The notes beneath the pieces were generated by a model. The model ran no database searches. It was not told the DNA's origin and saw nothing but the letters and a program-made list of their open reading frames with translations. A stretch of 64,000 nucleotides of DNA. Origin: Patescibacteria group bacterium (lineage in GTDB: Bacteria > Patescibacteriota > JAQUNI01). Numbering within the stretch: position 1 is the first letter of the stretch; the number at the start of each line of letters is the position of its first letter. Below are positions 48,683 to 58,766 of this stretch, in pieces. The stretch is from contig JAQUNI010000002.1 in NCBI GenBank assembly GCA_028717685.1, positions 71,903-135,902 on the forward strand. Reading direction: 5' to 3'. The position numbers and the translations under genes are program-made.

Positions 48683-49348
48683 ATGGGACAAAAAGTTTCA
48701 CCTACTGCGCTACGGTTAGGCTATCTTTATTCTTGGAAGTCTAAGTGGGTAGCGAATAAAAAGAATTACCGAAAATTTCTTGAGGAAGATATCCGTCTGC
48801 GCAATTATATAATGGAAAAATTAAAAGAGATGGGTATTGCCCGCGTTGAGATTGAACGTTCGGCGAATTTGATTAATATCATCATTTTAACTTCGCGTCC
48901 GGGTATGATTATCGGTCGTGGGGGTACGGGTGTTGAGGATTTGAAAAAGGAATTAGCAAAGTTTACCGGGAATAAATCTTTTAAGGTCACGATTGAAGAA
49001 ACCAAAAATCCAGAAGCTAATGCTCAACTTGTGGCGCGGACAATCGCCGAAGCACTAGAGAAAAGGATTCCTTTTCGGCGTGTTGTGAAACAATCTTTGG
49101 AAAGGGTGAAAGAGAATCGGGGAGTTTATGGCGTGAAGATTATGGTGGCAGGGCGTTTGAATGGGGCGACAATGAAGCGGCGCGAGTGGGTTGCCTGGGG
49201 ACAAATCCCATTACATAATTTGAGAGCGGATATTGATTTTGCCCAAGATATTTCCAAAACCACTTATGGAATTATCGGGATCAAGGTTTGGATTTACAAG
49301 GGAGAAGTTTTTGAACAAAAGAAGGAAGACAAAGCAACCAGTAATTAA
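48683..49348 (+). CDS. rpsC: 30S ribosomal protein S3
   Basis: [25 protein letters not shown]. Confidence 0.98.
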   Translation: MGQKVSPTALRLGYLYSWKSKWVANKKNYRKFLEEDIRLRNYIMEKLKEMGIARVEIERSANLINIIILTSRPGMIIGRGGTGVEDLKKELAKFTGNKSFKVTIEETKNPEANAQLVARTIAEALEKRIPFRRVVKQSLERVKENRGVYGVKIMVAGRLNGATMKRREWVAWGQIPLHNLRADIDFAQDISKTTYGIIGIKVWIYKGEVFEQKKEDKATSN

Positions 49349-49350
49349 AT

Positions 49351-49755
49351 ATGTTAATTCCTAAAAAGGTAAAACATCGTAAACATCAACGCGGACGTCT
49401 CGCGGGTAAGGCTAAAGGGGGAGATTTTCTTGCCTTTGGCGCTTTTGGTTTAAAGGCGCAGGAGAGTGTTTGGCTTACGTCTCGTCAGATTGAAGCAGCG
49501 CGGCGAGCGATGACTAGGTTTGTCCAGAGGGGGGGCAAGATTTGGATTAGGGTGTTTCCAGATAAGGCTGTGACTAAAAAGGCAGCGGAAGTAGGAATGG
49601 GCGGTGGCAAGGGAGCAGTGGATCACTTTGTCGCCGTCGTCAAACGGGGGCGGATTATTTTTGAAATGGATGGCGTGCCATTGAAGATTGCTCGGGAGGC
49701 TATGCGCTTGGCTAGCCATAAACTGCCTATTAAAACTAAATTCGTGCAGGATTAA
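49351..49755 (+). CDS. rplP: 50S ribosomal protein L16
   Basis: [20 protein letters not shown]. Confidence 0.98.
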   Translation: MLIPKKVKHRKHQRGRLAGKAKGGDFLAFGAFGLKAQESVWLTSRQIEAARRAMTRFVQRGGKIWIRVFPDKAVTKKAAEVGMGGGKGAVDHFVAVVKRGRIIFEMDGVPLKIAREAMRLASHKLPIKTKFVQD

Positions 49756-49773
49756 CCCCACTTAATAAATTTT

Positions 49774-49977
49774 ATGGAAATGAAAGAATTAAAGCAAAAG
49801 AGCATATCAGAATTACAACATGAGCTTGCTTTTCAGAGAGACGAAATGCGAGAGTTTAATTTCAAGTTGGTCCAGGGCGAGGTGAAAAATGTGCGCGCTT
49901 TGCGCAAGGTGAAAAAGGAGATTGCGCGAATTTTAACCCTTTTGAATATTCGCAGAAAAATTAATGGTTCGGCATAG
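49774..49977 (+). CDS. rpmC: 50S ribosomal protein L29
   Basis: LRKVKKEIARILT; synteny. Confidence 0.95.
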   Translation: MEMKELKQKSISELQHELAFQRDEMREFNFKLVQGEVKNVRALRKVKKEIARILTLLNIRRKINGSA

Positions 49978-50089
49978 CACTTCGGCCATGAGGGCTTTGA
50001 CTGAGCTCAGCCAAATGTCCTTAGTGCCGAATGGCTCACCATTAATCCTTAAGTTTTGCCGAAGGATTAAGCCTTAAATATGCATTATT

Positions 50090-50341
50090 ATGGAAGGTAA
50101 AAAAATAATTAAGCGGATTCTTCAGGGGATCGTTGTTTCGGATAAAATGAATAAAACCAGAGTGGTTGCCGTGGTTCGCACCAAGACCCATTCTAAATAT
50201 CTTAAAAGATATAAGGCGACTCGAAGATATAAGGCGCACGATGAAAAGAATGAGTATCATACGGGAGACAAAGTAATTATTGAAGAGTGCCGACCTCTTT
50301 CACGGGAGAAACGATGGCGGGTGATTAATAAACTCACCTAA
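50090..50341 (+). CDS. rpsQ: 30S ribosomal protein S17
   Basis: GIVVSDKMNKT, AHDE, CRPLS. Confidence 0.97.
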   Translation: MEGKKIIKRILQGIVVSDKMNKTRVVAVVRTKTHSKYLKRYKATRRYKAHDEKNEYHTGDKVIIEECRPLSREKRWRVINKLT

Positions 50342-50437
50342 ATTATCATTGTTCAATTGTTTTATTGTCTTGTCCGATTGTGTTTATGGATCAAAATTGA
50401 TCAGAAAAACAATCGAACAATTGAGCAATAGAATTTT

Positions 50438-50812
50438 ATGATCCAGGAACAGACTCGTTTAAAAGTCGCCGATAACACTGGCGCGAGGATAATTAAATGC
50501 ATTAAAGTTTTAGGCGGCTCGTGGCGCCGATTTGGTCGTTTGGGCGATGTGATCATCGCGAGCGTGAAGGTCGCGTTTCCCCATGGCACCGTAAAGGAGC
50601 ATGCCAAGGTTTACGCGGTGATTGTGCGTCAGAGAAAGGAATATCGTCGCGAAGACGGATCTTATATTCGTTTTGATGATAATGCCGCCGTGATTTTACA
50701 GAGCAGAGAGAGCAAGGATCCTTTGGGAACACGGATTTTCGGGCCGATTCCTCGGGAACTCAGAGAGCGTGGTTTTAATAAAATTATTTCTTTAGCCAAA
50801 GAAGTTTTGTAG
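50438..50812 (+). CDS. rplN: 50S ribosomal protein L14
   Basis: VADNTGA, FDDNAAV, GTRIFGP. Confidence 0.98.
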   Translation: MIQEQTRLKVADNTGARIIKCIKVLGGSWRRFGRLGDVIIASVKVAFPHGTVKEHAKVYAVIVRQRKEYRREDGSYIRFDDNAAVILQSRESKDPLGTRIFGPIPRELRERGFNKIISLAKEVL

Positions 50813-50821
50813 CATAATATT

Positions 50822-51130
50822 ATGAGGCTTAAAAAAGGTGATAATATCATTGTGACGAGCGGCAAGGACCGCGGCAAGAAAGGAAAAATTGTGCGCATTT
50901 TTCCGCAAAGAGATAAGATTATTGTGGAGGGCGCAAATCTTGTGATTCGGTATACGCGGCCTAAAAAGCAGGGCGAAAAAGGGCAACGCGTGGAGGTCAA
51001 CGCGCCGATTCATATTTCTAACGCGAAATTGATTTGTCCAAAGTGCGGCAAGGGGACAAGGGTGGGCGTAAAAATTTCACCGCAAGGTAAAAAAAGGTTG
51101 TGTAAAAAATGCGGAGAAGCCTTCTTATAA
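50822..51130 (+). CDS. rplX: 50S ribosomal protein L24
   Basis: KKGD...GKDRGKKG, APIHISN. Confidence 0.97.
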   Translation: MRLKKGDNIIVTSGKDRGKKGKIVRIFPQRDKIIVEGANLVIRYTRPKKQGEKGQRVEVNAPIHISNAKLICPKCGKGTRVGVKISPQGKKRLCKKCGEAFL

Positions 51131-51153
51131 AGACGCATCAGAAATTTAAATCT

Positions 51154-51702
51154 ATGACGCGATTAAGCAAAAAATACAGGGAAGAAGTAATTTTGAAAAT
51201 GAAGGAATTTTTTGATTATAAGAATAATCTGGCAATACCTAAAGTGGATAAGGTAACTATTAATATCGGCACTTCCCGCGCCATTAAAGAACCTAAGCTT
51301 TTGGATATTATGCAAGAAAATCTAGCCAATATCGCCGGACAAAAGCCAGTATTGAGATATGCTCGCAAGTCTGTCTCCGGTTTTAACGTGAAAGAAGGAA
51401 TGGTGGTGGGGCTAAAAGTGACCCTGCGGGGAAAGAGGATGGAAGAATTTTTAGACAAGTTAATTAATATTACCTTGCCGCGGGTGAGGGACTTTCGGGG
51501 GCTGTCTGTCGAGTCTTTTGATAAACAGGGAAATTTGACTATTGGTTTTAAGGAATGTTCGGTTTTTCCGGAGATTGATCCAAATAAAGCGGAAATGATT
51601 CATGGTTTAGAGGTTTGTATCAGCACTACCGCTCGAACGCGCGAAGAAGGGATTAAATTATTAAAGCTATTGGGTTTTCCTCTGGTAGAAAAAGAATCTT
51701 AA
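51154..51702 (+). CDS. rplE: 50S ribosomal protein L5
   Basis: GQKP, KVTLRG, LPRVRDFRG. Confidence 0.98.
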   Translation: MTRLSKKYREEVILKMKEFFDYKNNLAIPKVDKVTINIGTSRAIKEPKLLDIMQENLANIAGQKPVLRYARKSVSGFNVKEGMVVGLKVTLRGKRMEEFLDKLINITLPRVRDFRGLSVESFDKQGNLTIGFKECSVFPEIDPNKAEMIHGLEVCISTTARTREEGIKLLKLLGFPLVEKES

Positions 51703-51800
51703 TCATTTGAAACTTAAAATGTTAAGCATGGGGTTTGCCTGCGAGATGATTATGGTATATGGCAATTATGCATTTTAGGTTTCATATTTTAACGAAGTAT

Positions 51801-51986
51801 ATGGCGAAAAAATCTTGGATCGCTAAAGCAAAAAGGAAACCAAAGTTTAAGACGCGTGTCGTGAGACGTTGTTGGCGTTGCGGTCGGAGACGGGGGTATA
51901 TGCGCGATTTTGGCTTATGCCGGATTTGCTTTAGGGAATTAGCGAATAAAGGAGAGATTCCGGGGATCCGTAAGGCCTCTTGGTAA
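51801..51986 (+). CDS. rpsN: 30S ribosomal protein S14, type Z
   Basis: RCWRCGR...LCRICFRE. Confidence 0.97.
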   Translation: MAKKSWIAKAKRKPKFKTRVVRRCWRCGRRRGYMRDFGLCRICFRELANKGEIPGIRKASW

Positions 51987-52021
51987 TAAAATTAATTTTT
52001 AATTTTAAGTTTTTAACTATA

Positions 52022-52414
52022 ATGACCGACCCTATAGCTGACCTATTTACTAAAATTCGCAACGCCCTTGCCGCTTCCAGAAAAGAAGTGATTTTAGTGT
52101 CTTCCAAAATGAAGCTCGCGATTGCGGAAATTTTAAAGAGGGAAGGTTATATTACAGATTATGTCACAGAAAATGGTTCTGTCTTTGAAAAATTAAGAAT
52201 AATTTTGAAATATACTGAAGGGAATAAACCGGCAGTTAAAGAGATAGCGCGGGTGAGTAAGCCGGGCCGCCGCATTTATCAAAACTACAAAGATTTAAAA
52301 GCAGTAAAAGGGGGCTTGGGAATCGCGATTGTTTCCACATCGCAGGGTTTAATGACGAGTCGGGAGGCGAGGAAGAAAAGGCTGGGCGGGGAAGTGATCT
52401 GCGAAATATTTTGA
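52022..52414 (+). CDS. rpsH: 30S ribosomal protein S8
   Basis: TDPIAD, SKPGRRIY, STSQG. Confidence 0.98.
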   Translation: MTDPIADLFTKIRNALAASRKEVILVSSKMKLAIAEILKREGYITDYVTENGSVFEKLRIILKYTEGNKPAVKEIARVSKPGRRIYQNYKDLKAVKGGLGIAIVSTSQGLMTSREARKKRLGGEVICEIF

Positions 52415-52490
52415 AAAGGTAGGGCGAAAAGCGTAAAACAACAATATTTAGGTTTTGCACTTTGCGCTTTACACTTTTAGCTTTATTTTT

Positions 52491-53048
52491 ATGTCTCGCG
52501 TGGGTAAAAAATTTATTCTTGTTCCGGAAGGAGTGGAGGTGAATGTTCAAGATAACCATCTGAATATTAAAGGGCCTAGAGGATTTTTAGAGTTAGATTA
52601 TGATTCTCGCTTGAAAGTGGAGAAGCAAGAGAATATGATTTCTGTTTTACGGCGCAATCCCAAGGATAGAGCAAGGCAAACCAAGGCTCTTTGGGGATTG
52701 ACGCGTAATTTGATTAATAATATTATTCTGGGTGTTTCAGAGGGTTTTAAGAAGAAACTGGAAATTCAGGGAGTGGGTTATCGGGCGAATGTTCAGGACA
52801 AGAAGTTAGTTTTAGATTTAGGTTTTTCCCATGCCGCGGAATACCCCATACCCGACGGCATTGAAATCAAGGTAGAGAAGAATATTGTTTCTGTGTCTGG
52901 CATTGATAAACAAGAGGTAGGACAGGTTGCGGCGGAAATTAGGTTTTTGCGCCCGCCTGAGCCTTATAAAGGGAAAGGCATTCGTTATATGGATGAATAT
53001 GTGCGCCGTAAGGTTGGCAAGAAAGCGACTACAGAGGGCAGCAAATAA
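52491..53048 (+). CDS. rplF: 50S ribosomal protein L6
   Basis: MSRVGK, GVGYRA, PEPYKGKG. Confidence 0.98.
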   Translation: MSRVGKKFILVPEGVEVNVQDNHLNIKGPRGFLELDYDSRLKVEKQENMISVLRRNPKDRARQTKALWGLTRNLINNIILGVSEGFKKKLEIQGVGYRANVQDKKLVLDLGFSHAAEYPIPDGIEIKVEKNIVSVSGIDKQEVGQVAAEIRFLRPPEPYKGKGIRYMDEYVRRKVGKKATTEGSK

Positions 53049-53133
53049 ACCCCAAAAAGCTAATGCTTTTTGGGGGATCCCGCTGCCTTCTGGAATAATT
53101 GGATTATTTAAAAATTTATTTTAAGCGCACGCT

Positions 53134-53538
53134 ATGCGGATTAAAGAAAAAAGAGAAAAATTATATCGGCGCCGGATGCGCGTTCGGGCAAAAGTTAAAG
53201 GGACGAGCAAAGTGCCCCGTCTTTCGGTTTATCGCAGTCTGAAGCATATTTACGCTCAAATTATTAATGATGAGAAGGGAATAACCTTAATAAGCGCGAG
53301 TGATCGGGAGGCGAACGTGGACGTCAAGATAGAAAAGAAGAGCAAAGCGAAGGAACAGACAGAGAACAATCAATTTTCAAAAGGATTGATATTGGCTTTT
53401 GCCGTTGGCAAGCTTGTTGCTGAAAAGACTTTAAAGAAAAAAATTAAAAGAGTAGTCTTTGATCGTGGCGGGAGAGTTTATCATGGACAAATTAAGGCTG
53501 TAGCCGAAGGAGCGCGCGCCGGAGGTTTAAAATTTTAA
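53134..53538 (+). CDS. rplR: 50S ribosomal protein L18
   Basis: [18 protein letters not shown]. Confidence 0.97.
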   Translation: MRIKEKREKLYRRRMRVRAKVKGTSKVPRLSVYRSLKHIYAQIINDEKGITLISASDREANVDVKIEKKSKAKEQTENNQFSKGLILAFAVGKLVAEKTLKKKIKRVVFDRGGRVYHGQIKAVAEGARAGGLKF

Positions 53539-53544
53539 ATAGAT

Positions 53545-54147
53545 ATGGCAAAAAGTTTCAACAAAAGAACATCTCAAAGAATCCCAAAAGAGTATGAACA
53601 AAAACTCGTTGATTTAGCGCGGGTTACCAGGGTTGTAGCCGGGGGAAGACGTTTTAGATTTCGCGCCACGGTAGTGATTGGCAATAAGAAGGGGACAGTA
53701 GGAATGGGCGTAGCTAAAGGGGCGGATGTCTCAACAGCCGTGGAGAAAGCGGTTAAGCGGGCGCAAAAGAATTTAATCAATATTCCATTTTCCGGGAGCA
53801 CCATTCCTCATGAGATAGAGGTGAAATATAAGGGAGCGCGGGTTCTGTTAAAACCGGCTCGGGAAGGAACAGGGGTTATTGCTGGCGGTTCTATCCGGGC
53901 TGTAGTAGAGTTGGCAGGAATAAGGGATATCTTAAGCAAGATGTTAGGCAGTCAGAATAAAATCAGCAACGTACGGGCAACACTGCAAGCTTTACAGAAT
54001 TTGGAGACAGCGGACGATATTTTAAAAAGAAGAGGGAAGGAAAGAAGTCCTCAAAATGGAGCCCTTCTCCAGCCCCTCGCGAAGGGCTGGATTCGCGAAG
54101 CCAGCCTCTCCAATCCGAAGAAAGACTCCAAAAAGGCAAAAGAATAA
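53545..54147 (+). CDS. rpsE: 30S ribosomal protein S5 (palindromic insert in the C-terminal tail)
   Basis: RVTRVVAGGRR, GTGVIAGG. Confidence 0.97.
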   Translation: MAKSFNKRTSQRIPKEYEQKLVDLARVTRVVAGGRRFRFRATVVIGNKKGTVGMGVAKGADVSTAVEKAVKRAQKNLINIPFSGSTIPHEIEVKYKGARVLLKPAREGTGVIAGGSIRAVVELAGIRDILSKMLGSQNKISNVRATLQALQNLETADDILKRRGKERSPQNGALLQPLAKGWIREASLSNPKKDSKKAKE

Positions 54148-54209
54148 TTAAGAAGCGCGTATTGGCGCCTCATTTATCCAGGATGTAATTAAAAGTTATT
54201 TTTTTGGTT

Positions 54210-54746
54210 ATGCAGAAGAAAGTTCTAATTATTGTTTCTCCGCGCGATTTTAGAGATGAAGAGTATTTTATCCCGAAGGGTCTTTTTGAAAAGGCAGCCT
54301 TGACCGTAGATACAGCAAGCACGGCTTTAGGTATTGCTTACGGGGTGATGGGGGGCGAGGCGGAAGTGAATCTCCTTTTGGAAAAAGTGGAAGTCAAGGA
54401 TTATGCCGCGGTTGTGTTTATCGGCGGTCCGGGAGCGAGCAGCTATTTCGATCACCCTGAAGTTCATCGAATCGCCCAAGAAGCGGCAAAGATGAAGATG
54501 GTTTTAGCCGCAATTTGTATCGCGCCGGTGATTCTGGCGAGGAGCGGAGTGCTGGCGGGAAGGCGCGCTACTGTCTGGACTTCAGCATTAGACAAAAGCG
54601 CGGTGCGGGATTTAGAGCGGGGAGAGGCTACTTATTCGGCTGAAGAACTGGTGGCAGATGATAATATCTTTACTGCTCAAGGTCCGGCTGCAGCTTCCGA
54701 GTTTGCCGCGGCGATAATCCGTAAATTACAATCTTCTAATTTATAA
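54210..54746 (+). CDS. DJ-1/PfpI family protein
   Basis: FRDEEY, FIGGPG, AAICIAP. Confidence 0.9.
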   Translation: MQKKVLIIVSPRDFRDEEYFIPKGLFEKAALTVDTASTALGIAYGVMGGEAEVNLLLEKVEVKDYAAVVFIGGPGASSYFDHPEVHRIAQEAAKMKMVLAAICIAPVILARSGVLAGRRATVWTSALDKSAVRDLERGEATYSAEELVADDNIFTAQGPAAASEFAAAIIRKLQSSNL

Positions 54747-54758
54747 TTTTTAAGTTTT

Positions 54759-55205
54759 ATGCCTTTAAATTTGCATAGTTTAAAATCTACTCCTCATAGT
54801 AAGAAAAAGCGCGTAGGTCGCGGCAATGCCTCGGGACACGGCACCTATAGCACGCGGGGAATGAAGGGGCAGCGGGCGCGTTCAGGGGGAAGGCCGCGTC
54901 CCGCTTTTGGTTCACATCTCGCTCACCATTTGCCTAAAATGATAGGATTTAAATCTCAAGTCCCTAAGATGAATATTGTGAATCTTCAAGACATCAATCG
55001 TTTTTTCCAAGACGGAGCGTTGGTTAATCCTCGCACATTGCTGAAAGCCAAATTAGTTGATAATATTAAAAGAGGAGTGAAAATTTTAGGACAAGGGGAA
55101 CTAAAATTGAAGAATCTTAAAGTAGAGGGGTGTCATTTCTCCGCATCGGCGAAAATACAGATTGAGAAAAAGGGAGGGAAAATAAAAAACAAAATTTCTA
55201 ATTAA
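54759..55205 (+). CDS. rplO: 50S ribosomal protein L15
   Basis: RVGRG..SGHG...RGMKGQRARSG. Confidence 0.97.
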   Translation: MPLNLHSLKSTPHSKKKRVGRGNASGHGTYSTRGMKGQRARSGGRPRPAFGSHLAHHLPKMIGFKSQVPKMNIVNLQDINRFFQDGALVNPRTLLKAKLVDNIKRGVKILGQGELKLKNLKVEGCHFSASAKIQIEKKGGKIKNKISN

Positions 55206-55403
55206 CCTATAACAAAATTATTCTAATTAACCTAATTATTCTAATTATTCTAAATAAATCTCCAATGACCAATGTCTAAAAATTAATTTTAGTCATTGGA
55301 ATTTAGTCATTGGTCATTTCTTAGGTTAATTAGGTCAATTAGAATAATTAGAATAATTTTTACTCTGGGTCAATTAGAGCAGTCAGATATTTTTCTTTAT
55401 TTT

Positions 55404-56687
55404 ATGGCTAACAACTGGGAAAAATTGATTTCCATATTTAAAATTCGTGATTTGCGCAAGAAGATTTTTTTTGTCTTAGGCATGCTCGTGCTTTTTCGGG
55501 TCGCCGCGCATATTCCTGTCCCCGGGGTTGATGTGGAGGCGCTGCGCCAATTTTTTACCGGGAACCAGTTTTTTGGTTTATTGGACATTTTTTCCGGTGG
55601 CGGATTGTCCAATTTTTCCGTGGTGATGCTGGGAGTAGGCCCTTATATTACCGCCTCTATCGTTTTCCAACTCCTCACAATGATTATCCCCAGGCTTGAG
55701 GAATTAGCCAAAGAGGGAGAGAGCGGAAGGCAGAAAATTAACCAATGGACCCGTTATTTAACCGTGCCGCTTGCCCTTCTGCAGACTTATAGCACAATTA
55801 ATCTTCTTAATCGCGGAGGGAGAATGATTATTACCGATGTTTCTCCTTTGAATATAGCGACCATAGTCTTGACCGTCACAGCGGGTACATTATTTTTAAT
55901 GTGGATTGGGGAATTGATTTCCGAGAAGGGGATTGGCAATGGTGTCTCTTTAATTATTTTCGCGGGTATCGTAGCGCGTATCCCTAGCGACATCGTCCGC
56001 ACTTTCAAGGTTTTTGACACTTCTCAAATGATTAACCTTGTTGTTTTTTTAGGGATTGCCATTTTAGTAATCGGAGGAATTGTGTTTGTAACGGAGGGAC
56101 AGCGTAATATTCCAGTCGCTTACGCGAAAAGAGTGCGAGGAATGCGGATGTATGGCGGCACTTCCACCCATCTTCCTTTACGGGTAAATCAAGCGGGCGT
56201 AATCCCAATTATTTTTGCTCTTTCTATTATGCTTTTTCCGGGTATGATCGCGAATTTTTTGGTTGGCTCTGGTGTTCTCTGGCTTTCTCATTTTGCGCAG
56301 AGCATCGCTAATCTTTTTCAAAACCAGATTTTCTACGGCAGCCTTTATTTTGTTATGGTCATTCTCTTTACTTATTTTTACACTGCGGTTACTTTTAACC
56401 CTCCCCAGATTGCGGAGAATATTCAAAAACAAGGCGGCTTTGTGCCGGGGATTAGGCCCGGAAGGGCTACCGCGGAGTATCTCCATAAGGTTTTAAATCG
56501 CATTACCTTGGCAGGGGCGTTTTTCTTAGGTTTTGTCGCCATTTTGCCGTTTATTGCCCAAAGTCTTACCAAAATCCAGACCTTAACTATTGGAGGGACG
56601 GGAATTTTGATTGTGGTGAGCGTGGTTTTAGAAACAATGAAACAGATTCGCAGCCAGATGCAGATGAGGGATTATGACGCGTTTTAA
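55404..56687 (+). CDS. secY: Preprotein translocase SecY
   Basis: HIPVPG, PYITASI, GNGVSLIIF, PGIRPG; start reassigned to ATG 55404. Confidence 0.98.
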   Translation: MANNWEKLISIFKIRDLRKKIFFVLGMLVLFRVAAHIPVPGVDVEALRQFFTGNQFFGLLDIFSGGGLSNFSVVMLGVGPYITASIVFQLLTMIIPRLEELAKEGESGRQKINQWTRYLTVPLALLQTYSTINLLNRGGRMIITDVSPLNIATIVLTVTAGTLFLMWIGELISEKGIGNGVSLIIFAGIVARIPSDIVRTFKVFDTSQMINLVVFLGIAILVIGGIVFVTEGQRNIPVAYAKRVRGMRMYGGTSTHLPLRVNQAGVIPIIFALSIMLFPGMIANFLVGSGVLWLSHFAQSIANLFQNQIFYGSLYFVMVILFTYFYTAVTFNPPQIAENIQKQGGFVPGIRPGRATAEYLHKVLNRITLAGAFFLGFVAILPFIAQSLTKIQTLTIGGTGILIVVSVVLETMKQIRSQMQMRDYDAF

Positions 56688-56767
56688 ATTTCCACGCCGA
56701 CTTGGCAGGCGGTTATACGGAGACGCATAATAATGCATTTTTATTATGGGAATAAACAAGTTTATTT

Positions 56768-57418
56768 ATGTTAAATATTATCATCACCGGTCCGCAAGGC
56801 TCGGGCAAGGGAACACAAGCGAAACTTTTGGCGAAAAGATATAATTTAGAACACATTGAAGCGGGGAAGCTTTTACGCGATTTAGTGAAGATGGGCAATC
56901 CGGCAGGGCAGAAAATTAATCCCTATCTTTTACGAGGCACTCTCGTGCCCACGCGTATTTTGATTGAGGAGGTTCTAAAACCAAGATTAAGTAAAGTACC
57001 TTCGGAAAAAGGCTTGGTTTTTGACGGGATTCCCCGCCGTCTGCGTGAAGCGAAAGCCTTGGAAGAAATTCTTGCCTCCTTAGGGAGAAAAATTAGCTAT
57101 GTGTTCTATATAGAGATATCCGAGAAAGAGACATACAAACGTTTAGGCAAACGATTGACTTGCAAGGGGTGTAGCCGATCCTTTATTTTAGGCGTAGATG
57201 TCGCAGATCCCAAGGAGCAATGTCCTCATTGCGGCAGTGTTTTATACCAAAGGGAGGATGACACAGAAGCGGCGATTAGAAAGCGCCTGGAGATTTTTAA
57301 ATGTGACACAATACCTGTTATTGAGTATTTTCGGAAAAAGAATCTTGTAACTCGGATTAATGGTGAGCAATCTATTAAAAAAGTACACGAGGATATTATA
57401 GCTGTAATTGGTAAGTGA
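56768..57418 (+). CDS. adk: Adenylate kinase (zinc lid)
   Basis: GPQGSGKGTQA, DGIPR, CxxC/CxxC lid, QREDD. Confidence 0.95.
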   Translation: MLNIIITGPQGSGKGTQAKLLAKRYNLEHIEAGKLLRDLVKMGNPAGQKINPYLLRGTLVPTRILIEEVLKPRLSKVPSEKGLVFDGIPRRLREAKALEEILASLGRKISYVFYIEISEKETYKRLGKRLTCKGCSRSFILGVDVADPKEQCPHCGSVLYQREDDTEAAIRKRLEIFKCDTIPVIEYFRKKNLVTRINGEQSIKKVHEDIIAVIGK

Positions 57419-57457
57419 GCAACGGATATTTTTGCCTATTACTAATTATTATCATTG

Positions 57458-58204
57458 ATGTTTAGTTTGAAGAATCCGGAGGAGATTCGGATTATGCGTG
57501 AAGGAGGAATAATTCTCGCACGCATTTTAAAAAAAATAAGTCGTGAAACGCGAGCCGGCGTTAGCGCCATTTATTTAAATGAGCTTGCGGAATCTGAAAT
57601 TAAGAAAGAGGGAGGAGAGCCTGCCTTTAAAAATTATGAGGGTTTTCCGGCATCGCTTTGTGTTTCCGTAAACAGCGAGGTAGTGCATGGCGTGCCTCAA
57701 GGCAAAGTCATTCGGAAGGGAGACGTGGTTGGTCTGGATTTGGGGTTGAAATACAAGAGTTTACACACAGATGCCGCCGTGACTGTGGTTGTGGGAGAGG
57801 CGAGCAGAGAAATTCAAAAATTCGTGCAGGATTGCCGCCAAGCGCTTTATTTAGGCATTAGGCAGGTAAAAAGCGGTCATCATATCGGTGATATTTCTTC
57901 AGCGGTTCAGAGCTTTGTGGAACAAAACGGGTATTCCGTGGTGAGACAATTAGTGGGCCATGGAATTGGCTACCAAGTTCATGAGGAGCCACGCGTTCCT
58001 AATTATGGAGAGAAGGGCAAGGGTCTGCTCTTGTGTACCGGCATGACTTTTTGCATTGAACCAATGATTAATATGGGAGAAGCGCAAGTGGAAATAAAAG
58101 AGGATGGCCACACCTTTCGGACTGCGGATAGGAGTTTATCGGCGCATTTTGAACACACCGTGGCGATTACAGATAGGGGGTGTCTCATTTTAACAGAAGA
58201 CTAG
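57458..58204 (+). CDS. map: Methionine aminopeptidase type I
   Basis: VHGVP, GHGIG..VHEEP, SAHFEHT. Confidence 0.97.
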   Translation: MFSLKNPEEIRIMREGGIILARILKKISRETRAGVSAIYLNELAESEIKKEGGEPAFKNYEGFPASLCVSVNSEVVHGVPQGKVIRKGDVVGLDLGLKYKSLHTDAAVTVVVGEASREIQKFVQDCRQALYLGIRQVKSGHHIGDISSAVQSFVEQNGYSVVRQLVGHGIGYQVHEEPRVPNYGEKGKGLLLCTGMTFCIEPMINMGEAQVEIKEDGHTFRTADRSLSAHFEHTVAITDRGCLILTED

Positions 58205-58319
58205 CATTCTCCAAAAGAGCGTTTTTAGCTATTTTAGTTATTGTTCGATTGATCGATTGTTCAATTGTTGGCGCAGACTGTTATTTTTTTCAGCAACAGA
58301 GCAATCAAACAATTGAACA

Positions 58320-58724
58320 ATGGAATATATGTCTATTCTCGGTTTAGATTATGGCGAGAAGCGCGTTGGTTTAGCTATTAGCGACCCGGAAGATCGGATT
58401 GCCTTAAAATATAAAACCATTCTTTTAGAAGACGCAAGAGAGCTTTTATTAGAAGAATTGAAAAAAGTTTGCCAAGAAGAAGAGGTAAAGCGCGTTGTTA
58501 TCGGTTTGCCGATTTCTTTATCTGGTCAGGATTCAAAACAAACAAAAGCCGTGCGTGAATTCGCGGAATATGTTAGAATGAAATTAAACTTAGATGTTCA
58601 ATTGGAGGATGAACGTTTAACGAGCGTGGAAGCGGAAAGAACGCAGGCGAAGGACATAGATGAAGAGAGCGCGCGTTTAATTTTACAAACCTATTTAGAC
58701 AGACGAAAAAAATTTCGCAGATAA
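58320..58724 (+). CDS. ruvX: YqgF/RuvX family nuclease
   Basis: LGLDYGEKRVGLAISD, DERLTS, SARLILQ. Confidence 0.93.
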   Translation: MEYMSILGLDYGEKRVGLAISDPEDRIALKYKTILLEDARELLLEELKKVCQEEEVKRVVIGLPISLSGQDSKQTKAVREFAEYVRMKLNLDVQLEDERLTSVEAERTQAKDIDEESARLILQTYLDRRKKFRR

Positions 58725-58766
58725 ATTTTCTCCTTGTTAGCTTTATATTAACTAATTTTTTGTTTT

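Noticed and set aside
37859-57861. Numerous antisense or alternate-frame ORFs over ribosomal, fusA, tuf and secY genes (e.g. 47500-48333, 43271-43864)
   Set aside because: Shadow ORFs of conserved genes with no independent motifs or start signals
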